The position numbers and the translations under genes are program-made. A stretch of 64,000 nucleotides of DNA. It comes from Octopus vulgaris. Its lineage: Eukaryota. Positions 37,719 through 48,355 of this stretch are shown piece by piece. Location: assembly GCA_951406725.2 (NCBI GenBank), contig OX597815.1, positions 129,456,001 through 129,520,000 on the forward strand, written 5' to 3'. The notes beneath the pieces are model-generated. The model saw nothing but the letters and a program-made list of their open reading frames with translations, was not told the DNA's origin and searched no databases. Each line of letters starts with the position of its first letter. Within the stretch, counting starts at the first letter, position 1.

Positions 37719-40700
37719 GTTAAACCCAACAGTAGTGCTGACCTAAACAATCAATAATGCTGACACGAGGTTGAATATTTCATGGTGTTCTGTAGATTTC
37801 TTTTTAAATGTCTTCTCTAGATTTTGTTTTGTCTTGAATTCAGCACTACAAGCCAAGAAACACTTCTGTAGCTGCCAAATTTATGAATGTCTACCATGAA
37901 CTAACAGTGTATTGCTAATAAAATGATATCAACTGTCAAATGTAGCAGTTGTAACCAAGCTACAACTTTGGATATATAAAATATTAATTTCTTTCTGAAA
38001 CGACAAAGAACCTTCATTTTAAGCAAGAAGTATGCGGTGGTGGTGGTAGTAGCAGTAGCAATGGGATAACATTACATTCATGTTGTTTTCAAATGCTAAC
38101 AGCATGAAGAAAAATAAACTTCAAGCAGTGATTGAAAGCGTGTCAGTCTCATTACTTACCAGTAGCTTACCTCTTGTCCTACAGCTCTCAGTACATGTAT
38201 GTGTGTGATTTGTTGTCATATGTTTATCTTGAAATGCATTTTAAATGTAATGGAACATTTCAAGGTTGCAGTTATTCCTAATACTTTTGACTTTCTGATA
38301 TTACTGGCATACTTTGTATGAAAAGTTTTTTTAAATGTTTTAAAGTCACAAATCTAGAAGGAAAAATACAGGAAACTATTGCACACCTTATCTTATTAAT
38401 ATTTGTGTGTAGTAAAATAGTGAATAATGTTTTTCAAGATGCTCATCTATTAGTATAGATTTTCTAAAGCTTAATTTTTTTTTTTTAATCCAGTGCAGCT
38501 ATGTTCTGTGACCTACCATTTGAGAATTACTGCTGTAAATATATGACATCTGGTGAATGTTTTAAAATAATATTCAGGTAGCTCCAATGTCTCCTTTTTT
38601 GACAAGGTTTCTATTGTTGAATGCCCTTTCTAATACCAACCATGTTACAGTATGTACAGAGTTCATTTTTGACATGACCCAACACTGTAGGGGTTAACTT
38701 GCTGTCAGTAAGATGGAAGAGCCCTCTCAAGCTCTGTATTGTGACTGCTTGAATGAATTTGCCAGTCATTTACAGAGTGCAATGGATGTTTTTGTAGCAC
38801 CACAATTTTACGATTGCCTTGCAAAGTGAAAGACGGCAGCCCATGATGAACGAAACAAATTTGTGAGAGGATGATAATAATGCAAGTCTTCTCATCCATT
38901 GAATCCTGTTGAACCTTTTTACCCATGTCAGTATGGGAAACAGATGCTGATAGTGTTGTTAATATTAACTTTTCAGATTATTAACTTCCTCTTCAGAGAG
39001 GTAAATGTTTTTTTAATGTAAAAATCTACATTGGTTTAATAGGTATCCATCAGTATCATACTTAACATATGTACAGTACCATACTTAAAGTATCATGGTG
39101 TTTGACCTGAGATAATGTCTCTTATGAATGTGCTGTTTTAAAAACAAATATTGTAGGGAGAAGTAAAAAAGAAAATCACCTCAGTAGGGGCCAACAAAAA
39201 TACCAGATGCATTTCGGACCTTTTCAATGCAATGATTTGTTGTCTTCAATATAGGAAACAGTGAATAACACATATGCTGATGTGAACAAGTACTCAGTTG
39301 AATAGAATATCTGGTATACATCCCTTGTTTTCATATGTGTTTGCTGATTGTAAAGAACAACTTCAGTGTTTATGTAGTGTCATTTACATGCAGTCCACCA
39401 TGTAACAAGACTCATTCGTTTGTTTTTAGTTTTCCATGTAACAATATCAGGGCTGTTTGCTGTTCAATAGATTGATGAATTATTACCTTGCTTAGAAATA
39501 GGTAACCGTTGGTGTCAGGAAGGGCATTCAACCATAGAAAACTCTGTCTTAGTGTGCTCTCATCTGACTCATGAAAGCCTGGAAAAGTAGGTATTAAAAT
39601 GTAAGACTAAATATTGAAAGAAGTTTAAGCCAACACTCTATTATTCCAACTTCTTGATTGTAAAATAGTGGCATGTAAGAGGAGCATGTTAAAAATTGTT
39701 ACTCAACAGCATAAATGATGTCCAAGACAAATGATGACCTTAAAACAGACGTTCCCTTCAGGATCAAATTAGTTAATCTGGGAGATGTCGGTAGTATTAT
39801 TCTTTGTTTGTTTGCCTACTTTTTTTAAGCATTGTGAAATTACTGAAGACTGAGTCTTTGGATTAATTCATGTATGCAACATTATTAACAATAATTTCTG
39901 CTAATTCTTTCCAGGTATTTTTTCCCTTTTGATATGTTACCCAAGACTACAAAAGCATTAGGATTTCAAATATAGTTTGCCAGGATTGGTATAGTAAATT
40001 ATATCAATCTCAGTATTTTATCAACTCCTTGAAGAAATGAAAGTAAAATCAGTGCCAACAGGATTTGAACATAGAATGTAAAGTCATAATCTCCCAAATA
40101 TTACTGAAACATTTGCAAGTAAGTTATAAATATATAACAATAATAATTGTGAAGAACTGTGAAGATGTTACTTTGATAGTAGTAGTTGTATTTTATTGAT
40201 ATTTATTTTAACAATCCCTGGAAGGAATAGAAGAAAACTCAACTCCAACAGGATTTGAACACAATGTAAATAGTCGTAATATTCTGAATATTATCAAAGT
40301 ATTTGCAAGTAAGTTATGAACCAACCTAGTCCTAAGTATCAAGCTGTAAAAATTGCGAAGAAGAATAGAAGAATGGTAAAGATGCTAGTTTGATAGCTGG
40401 CTTTGATAGTAGTAGAATGATAACTATGTTTGGTAAGTAGAAATCGTAATATGTGGAAAAAAAAAAAGTTAGTTGTCTTAGCTATGCAATTAGTGACTAT
40501 ATAGTAGCATTCCTGGGATGTTAGTGGTGGTGCACCCACACATTAATGTGTTTAAAGTATGCCAGTGATGGGTGCAATAGTGAATTGGTTTTTATATTGT
40601 AGGATAATGTTCTATATATTTATAAAACCAGTGAAATGGGAGAAACAGAAGCAAACTAAATACTGTGCAGTAATTTAGTTCCAGCCTCTTAAGCTTGTGT

Positions 40701-42429
40701 TACAGAGTTCATATCCTGCTACATTGACTTTTTTTAAACGTTCATTTCTCTTGGAACAATAAAGTAAATGTAAATCTGTCAATGATTTGATGCATTCATC
40801 TACAAATCCAGTTTTGTGTTATTTTTTATGTTTCATACATTAGTCTGTGGCCATAATGAGGCATTACCTTGAAGGGTTTCCATCAAACAGATCCAGCTCA
40901 GTAATTTTTTTTTTTATGCTTTTATATATTTCATCACTTAATGTCCACTTTTCCATACTTGCATGGGTCAGACAGAATTTGTTGAGTTAGGTTTTCTATG
41001 GCTGGATGCTCTTGTTATCAACCCTCACTTGTTTCTGAGCAAAGTAATATTTCCTCATCGCTAGACATTTTTTTTTTATGAAAGTCTAGAAATGAGCAAC
41101 ACCTCTTGCATGATGGTGATGCTCATTTACAATCATAAGACAAGGGAACGTGTGTGTACAGGAGGGAAACTGGAAGGAGCCCATCATGTATGCACACACA
41201 CACACAGACATATATATATATATATAAAAAATGGTTTCCTTTCAGTTTCTGTCTACCAAATCCACTCACAAGTCACTGGTCCTCCTGGAGATATAGCAGA
41301 AGACAACTGCCCAAGGTGCCACACAGTGGGACTGAGCCTGAGACCACACAGTCATGCCTGTGCCTATATTTAGTTTTCTCTATGGTTAGTGTTCTATATA
41401 TCACCATTAACTCTAAACTTTCTGGTTGATACAGTACCACTTAGTACTGCATCAATCAGCCAGTCCTGAAATGCACAATATACACAAGAATCAGTAACTT
41501 TGCTTACATTCATTTTGAAGGAAGTAAGGAACTCCTTGTCCTAAGGGAGTAAACTTTAATCCCTTCTATCAGTCATTTCTGTTTGTTTAATAGAGTTGTT
41601 ATTGGACTGGGTTTTTGACTTGGAAAATTTTCAACAAGATATTAAGAGTTAATGTACTGTACAATAGTTAGACTGATACTGGATTAGTAACAATGTATTC
41701 ATTTATGTATAGTTCTGTCTTGAGCCCTAGGACTCATCAGGCTGGTTGCTTGGTTTCCACGGCAAATAAATGACTGAGATCATAATATTGCCCCTGAATG
41801 GGATGCCAGTTCATTGCAGGGTTATTAAATTATAGTTGAGTGAACTGAATCAATGTGAAATGAAGTGTTTGCTTAAAAATATAACACACTACCCAGCCCA
41901 GGAATTGAAACCATGATTTGATGATTATGAGTGAAATACCTTCACCACTAAACCATGTACTTTTTGTAAATGATAGTACAAACAGAAAAATTATTTCATA
42001 GATAGGTGCAAAGCCACATATTTAGAAGAGGTGAGTGGGATGTAGATGTACTCTAGCACTTGTTTTTTCAATCTCTGTTGCTGTTTTGGGGTGTGTACTG
42101 CTAAAAAATGAATTTGTTCTCTGCATGATTGGAATTCTAGAGGAATTTAATTACTGAAAAGTATTTAGTCTTTCACTCCATCCTATTAGCCAACCAAAAC
42201 AATGATGTATTTACTTAAGTACAAATATCTAGAGTAGGTTTACAGTTAATTAAACTGACTCTTGTACACATCCTTGTGCTTATTTATTGATTTCTGATAT
42301 TCGGGGTATTAAAAGGTACAGTTGATCTGGTGGGTGGGGGTGGGTTAACTAAAGGTACTAAACCAAAGTTGAAAGGTTAAAGCTTTATTTTTAGTTTAGC
42401 ACTTTTTAGTTAACATTCCCCATGAGGGT

Positions 42430-42670
42430 GAACTTAATGAGAATCAACATCATAAGAACCATCAAAAAGAACATCTATTGATGGACTGACCACATAGCAT
42501 GACTGAAGGACAACAAATGGACAATCGGGGTGACAGAATGGACATCATGATAATGGACAAGATCAAAAGGACAACCAAACACAAGATGATCTCACTTACT
42601 ACCTAGGGCCTACATGACCAGAGATAGACAATGGTTGAATGAGTCCAGAGAGGGGTTCCTTCTTCAGTAG
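42430..42670 (+). mobile_element. RTE-type LINE ORF2 C-terminal relic (different subfamily)
   Basis: Reads WTDHIA*LKDNKWTIGVTEWTS**WTRSKGQPNTR*, a decayed form of WAGHIARxxDNRWTxxVTEWxPxxxKRxRGRPxxRW. Confidence 0.7.
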
Positions 42671-43265
42671 TTATGAAGTCCTGGATATTAGGGTTAGGAC
42701 TAAACTAAATGCCGTAAGGCAGGAAATCAGTGTAACCTTCTGAGAAAAAAAATGTTTGAGAGGAAAATCATTATACTGGAATATATTTTTGATGTTATAA
42801 TTCTATTTATATAAATCCTTTTAAGGGTCAAGTGGTGATGATAGTGATGGTGATATTAAACCAGGCAATAGATTGAGTTTACATCCTAAGTAGGCCCTGG
42901 TAGGATTTGAATCGAGATCGCAAAGAAACTGAACAAATACTTCTCCCACTCTGAGCATTTTTGCCAGTCCACTGCCTCAGGTTTTGTTATTTATCAACCC
43001 AGGAAGGATAAAAATGAAGTTGATCTTCAGCAGGAATGCTTCTCAAATCCATAAGAAAACAAAATATATATTAGTTTCAAATTTTGACACAAGACCAGTA
43101 ATTTCAAGGAGGAGGTAAGACAATTACATCAACCTTGAAGGGATGAAAGGCAAAATCTACCTTGGCAGAGTTTGAACTTAGAACATGACGAATGAAATGC
43201 TGCTAAGAATTTTCCCCCTGTGTGCTAATATTTCTTCCAGCTTACCAGCTTAAGAAAACAATATA

Positions 43266-44270
43266 CAGGGGTTGGACAAAATAATGGAAACTCATAGCAT
43301 CATAATTTTGAAATATCTATAAAACTGTCAAAAGTTTCTTTATTTTTATGTTTTTTGATTTATTATTAGTGTTGCTTAATGTTTTGCTAAAATTGCTGTT
43401 TCTTTTCAGATATAATCAGAAAAAGGTAATTAAAATTCATTAAAATCACAGATCTATGAGACTTTCAAAGAGGTCAAATTGTTAGTGCTAGCATAATGAA
43501 AACAGCCAAAATGTTTGGTGTATCAAGAAGTGTTGTCTTGAAAGTAATGACAGCCTTTGAGAAAAAAGGAAAAGCCTCCTCATCGAAACAAAATTCCAGA
43601 AGAAAACCAAGACTTTCAGATAGGGACCGTCAGACTCTTACATGAATTGTTAGAAAGGATCACAAAAGTACAGCTCCCAAAATTACTGCAGAGTTTAATG
43701 ACCACCTCAAGAATCCAGTTTCCACAAAACTGTTCACTGGGAGCTGCACAAAGCTAGATTTCATGAGAAGGCTGCAATCAGAAAACCACTACTTTCAAAA
43801 ACAAATGTTGCAAAGCATTTAGAGTGGAGTAAAAACCTACAGAATTGCTCCCTAAAGCAGTGAGAAAATGTTATTTTCTCGGATGAGTCATCCTTTACCT
43901 TATTTCCGACAACCAGCCGAGTATGTGTGTGGAGACAGCCAAAAGGAGCATTTGACCCAAATTACCTTCATCTAATTGTTAAACATGGAGGATGATCTGG
44001 GGGGGCTATATCTTGGAAATCCGCTAGCCCAATGGTTTCCTTTCATGGCAGAATTAATAGTCAAGACTATTTAAACATTTTATCTGATCAAGTTCATCCT
44101 ATGGTTGTGGAACTGTTTCTTGAGTGAAACGCAATCTTTCAGGATAATAATGCACCAGTTCACACAGCTAAAGTTGTTACTGAATTGTACAAACATTTGA
44201 TCACTACAAACAAATCATTTATGCAAGCCATTCGCCAAAAATTGAATGCTTGTATGTCCTTTTCAATGGT
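43266..44270 (+). mobile_element. Tc1-family DNA transposon relic (transposase pseudogene, 3'-deleted)
   Basis: TA followed by left TIR caggggttggacaaaataatggaaac. Decayed transposase ~43446-44187 includes DFQRGQIV, RRKPRLSDRD, VIFSDESSF (first D at ~43882), VKHGG, WGAIS and IFQDNNAPVHTAK (second D). Contains stops and a frameshift; no third catalytic residue or right TIR seen. Confidence 0.9.
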
Positions 44271-45004
44271 ATTTTCCACCATATATACACACGCATGCAT
44301 GCACACACACACACACACAAGATGGGCTTCTTTCAGTTTCCATCTACCAACTCCACTCAGAAGGTTTTGACTGGCGCAGGGCTATAGAAGACAGTCGCCC
44401 AACAAAGTAGTAGGACTGAACCTGAAACCACATGGTTAGGATGCAAACTTCATGCCCACACAGCCATGCCTGTATGTGGCTGTGGGATTAAGAAAAGCTA
44501 TGATACTGCTGCTTCTAACATTAAAGGAAATTTACTGTAGAAACGTGGTGGTGGTGATGGCAGTGGTAAAAGAATTAATGGTAATTCTGATGATGGTAAT
44601 GGTGGTGGTGATGATTAGGATGGTGTTTATGATGATAAATACCAAATGGTATGTTAATTAAATCCACATTTTCTATATTGACCTGAATAATTCCTTCTTT
44701 GGAATAAATGTCCAATTTGCCTTAGTTTTCAGGAAGAAAAAAAAGGGAGTAAAGAAAATTGAAATAAAAAAAAAAACAATAACAAATTGGCTGTGTAGTA
44801 TAATTTTGATGAAGCTAAGCTGTTTAGGCTTTGATGTTAGATAGGTCAAATGTGTCTGACAAAGTTATGAATACCAAAAAACATGTGCTTTGTGTGTTAA
44901 GATAACTCTGCCAGCAATCAGGCAAATGTCCAACTTTCTTCTATTTCTTCTTAACTGCCACTTTTCTCTCAGTAATATTATTTTCAGTACAGTTTCCATT
45001 GCAA

Positions 45005-46370
45005 TAATAATAATATTAATAGTTTTCTAAGTTAGGCACAAAGCCAAAAGTTTTGAGGGGAGTGTACTTGACTGATGCTATATTTTATCAAAGGCAAAGT
45101 TGGAAGGATCAAAGGTAAAGTTGGGCTGAGTAGGATTTGAATTGAGAATGTAAAGAGCTGAGAAAAAAAACAACTTTTTTTCCTTATGATGCTTGAATGA
45201 TTCTGCCGTCCACCACCCTAATAATAATAATAATAGTAATAATAATGGTTTCAAATTTTGGCACAATGTCAGCAATTCCAGGATAGGGGATAAGTCAATT
45301 ACATCAACCTCAGTGATCAACTGGTACTTATTTTATTAAACCTGAAAGGATAAAAGGCAAAGTTGCCCCCAGTAGCATTTGAACTCAGAATGTGAAAACG
45401 AACGAAATGCCACTAAGCATTTTGCCAAGCATGCTAACGATTCTTCCAGCTGTTCACTTTTCACTGCCTTAATATTAATAATAATAATCCTTTCTAGGAT
45501 TAGAAAGCAATATAGAATGAGGCACAAGGCCTCAAATTTAGGGGAACAGATTAAGTCAATTATATCGACTCCAGAGTTCAACTGGTATTTATTTTATCAA
45601 CCCTCATAGGATGAAAGGCAAAGTTGACCTTGGCAGAATTTGAACTCGGAATGTAGCGACAAGGAAAATACCGATAAGCATTTCGCCCAGTATGCTAACA
45701 ATTCTGCCAGCTTGCTGCCTTAATAGTAATAATGCTTTTTACTATAGGCACAAGGCTTGAAATTTGATGGGAGAGGACCAGTCAATTAGATTGACTCCAG
45801 TATGTGACTGGTACTTAATTTATCGACCCTGAAAGGATGAAAGGCAAAGTCGACCTCGGCCAAATTTGAACTCAGAACCTAACAACAGATGAAATACAAT
45901 GATGATGATGATGATATTAATGATTTCTGATTGAGGCACAAGGCCTGCAATTTTGAGGGGAGAGGATTTGTTGATACTATTAACTCTTGTACATGATCAA
46001 TGCTTTCTTTGATCGATTCTCGAGAGATGAAAACCAAACTTGACCTCAGCAGGATTTAAACTCAGAATGCAAAATGACAAATCAAAAATTGCAAGGCATT
46101 TTTTTCTGATACACTAAAAAAACCTACCAATTCATGGCCCTAGCCACAATAACAATAATAATATTTCTATTATAAATAAAAGGTCTGAAATTTTAGTGAT
46201 GAGGGCTAGTCGATTTCATCAACCACAGCACTTAACTAGCACTTATTTTATCAATCCCAAAGGGATGAAAAGTAGAGTCAACCTCAACAAGATTTGAACT
46301 CAGAACATTGACTGTGAATGCTTCTAAGTATTTTGTCTGGCATGCTAAAAGTTCTGCTAAGTTGCTGCCT
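45005..46370 (-). mobile_element. Head-to-tail array of about six Meta-type SINE copies
   Basis: Repeated ggcacaagg...gaaaggcaaagttgacc...atttgaactcagaa units at ~45020, 45245, 45515, 45735, 45925 and 46165, separated by (aat)n or (gat)n. Confidence 0.85.
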
Positions 46371-46597
46371 TAACCCTTTCATTACTGTATTTATTTTGAG
46401 ATGCTCTGTGTTTCTTTCAATTGCTGTAAATATAACAAAGAACTTAGTTACAATTTATGTTCCTAACACTAGCCTAATGATAACCAAGTTATTTTACTAA
46501 GTTTTGGTGGAAGATTTTAATTCAAAACTTATGAAAACAAGACATTTGTACTCAGAGCCAGAGCCGGTTTCAGCTGGGTTGGTAATGGAAGCATTAA
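46370..46597. mobile_element. piggyBac-type MITE
   Basis: TTAA at 46370-46373 and 46594-46597; reverse complement of 47135-47360. Confidence 0.85.
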
Positions 46598-46599
46598 AC

Positions 46600-46862
46600 G
46601 ATCCTTCCCAAGCCACAGTCTCGTAAGGCCAGATTCCTGGATTCTGTGGCGTATATATTCTCTCCACCCCACCCCCCACCTCCTGGATGGGACACTGGTC
46701 CATTGCAGGGTTATTTATTTTTGCCATGTGAGTGGACTGGAGCAATATAGAATGAAGTGTTTTGCTCAAGAACACAATGCATTGCCTGGTCCAGTAATCA
46801 AGACCACAGCCTCACAATCATGGGTACAACACTCTAACCATTAAGCCATTGCACCTCCACAT
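46600..46862 (-). mobile_element. tRNA-headed SINE (ttgagcaaaacacttcat...cctgcaatggaccagtgtcccatccagg family)
   Basis: Minus-strand head gtggaggtgcaatggcttaatggttagagtg; relatives at ~9600, 23740, 41715, 47840, 53815 and 55878. Confidence 0.75.
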
Positions 46863-47134
46863 AATAATAGTTTTAAATTTTGGTACAAAGCCAGCAATAT
46901 GGGAGCTAGGGGATTAGTTGATTACATTGATCTCCAGCACTCAGCTGGTACTTATTTTATTGTTCTCAAAAGGATGAAAGACAAAGTTAACCTCAGCAAA
47001 ATATATATTAAGCCTTTTGTCTATAATAAAAAGGATTATTGTTATTGTTGTTAGGGCCATGGATTGCTAGTGTTTTTTAGTGCATCAGAAAAAAATGCCT
47101 TGCAATTCTTGATTTGTCATTTTGCATTCTGAGT

Positions 47135-47360
47135 TTAACTTTTTTGATACCAACCCAGCTGAAGCCGCCTCTGGCTCTGTAGTACAAATGTCTTGTTTTC
47201 ATAAGTTTTGAATTAAAATCTTCCACCAAACCTTATAATTTATGTTCCTAACACTAGCTTAATGGTAACTATGTTATTTTACTAAATTCTTTGTTATATT
47301 TAAAATTAATTGAAAGAAACACAGAGCATCTCAAAATAAATATGGTAATGAAAGGGTTAA
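47135..47360. mobile_element. piggyBac-type MITE inserted into the B-box TTAA of a Meta-type SINE
   Basis: gagtTTAA[...aaagggTTAA]atcctgctaaggtcaa; removing the insert restores the SINE gagtttaaatcc. Confidence 0.85.
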
Positions 47361-48132
47361 ATCCTGCTAAGGTCAATTTTGGCTTTCATATCTCCAGAAT
47401 CAGCAAAAATTGAACTCAGAAAGCAAAGAACAATAAGAAAGGCTTCTAAACACATTGTCTGATGTGCTAACAATTCTTATTTCACCCAAAAGAGAATTTA
47501 ATATCCAGTCACTGTAGCCTTAAAGTATATAATTTCTATTTGAGTATAAATGAGAAGGAAAAAACATCATTTTATCATAATTAACAGTTTATTTCAATTA
47601 ATAATCACTGAACAAGGTAAATTTTTCTAAATGGAAGGAAGTTAAGTCCAATGATTTCTGAGCAGTGAGTTTGTAGATTAATCTCTTGTGGTATTATTTT
47701 ACCATGTTTCTGAACAAGATAAAACTGTCAGAAAATGTAAAGCAAAACAAATTTGAACTCTATCATAACATAATTGGATGTTGCTTTTTTATGTTAAGAC
47801 TTTTGTCAATGTTTTTTTCTACAATATGTTTAGAATATAATGGCATGTGGCTAATTAAAGTGTTTAGCTGGTGATCACCAGATCATGGGTTCAGTTTCTG
47901 GAGTGGGTGGTGGATTGTGTCATTGAACAAAGAACTTCACTTCCCATTGCTTCAGTCCAGTCTGCTGAAAATGAATACAAGCAACAGTGGGAAGGTAACC
48001 TTGTAATGAACTGGTGACACATTCAGTGGTCTTGTTCTCTTGGTCAGTTATATAGTCACAGAAACTAGGATAAAATCCAGTTTAATGAATCTGTTGACTT
48101 TAAACAAATTTAATAGGTTCTAAACAAAATAC

Positions 48133-48355
48133 TGACATACATTATTTACATTTGACAGATATTTTTCCTCATCTTGTTTGTTGTTAACACAAAGTTTCAG
48201 CTGATATACCCTCCAGCCTTCATCAGGTGGCTTGGGGAAATTTTGAACCTGGGTTCTCATTCCTAAGGTATTCGTCGTTGTTGTTGTTCAGGCCACTGCC
48301 TGGAATCAAACTCGGAATCTTGGGGTTAGTAGCCCACACTCTTAACCACTATGCC
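48133..48355 (-). mobile_element. tRNA-headed SINE carrying a Penelope-type hammerhead motif
   Basis: Minus strand ggcatagtggttaag (A box)...gagtttgattcc (B box), (aac)n, then cac-CTGATGA-a-ggctg-gagggtatat-cagct-GAAAC-ttt-gtg. Confidence 0.75.
48187..48231 (-). ncRNA. Minimal type-I hammerhead ribozyme motif (decayed copy)
   Basis: CUGAUGA box (plus-strand tcatcag 48220-48226), 5-bp stem II, GAAAC (plus-strand gtttc 48194-48198), stem I cac/gtg. Stem III and the cleavage triplet appear mutated. Confidence 0.6.

Noticed and set aside
41715-41760. Minus-strand GAAAC...CTGATGA-gtcctagggc motif
   Set aside because: Part of a SINE tail; no GAAA follows the hairpin, and sister copies lack CTGATGA.
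45005-46370. Regularly spaced repeats superficially like a CRISPR array
   Set aside because: Units are ~200-bp diverged SINEs in eukaryotic DNA; no short identical repeats with unique spacers and no cas genes.
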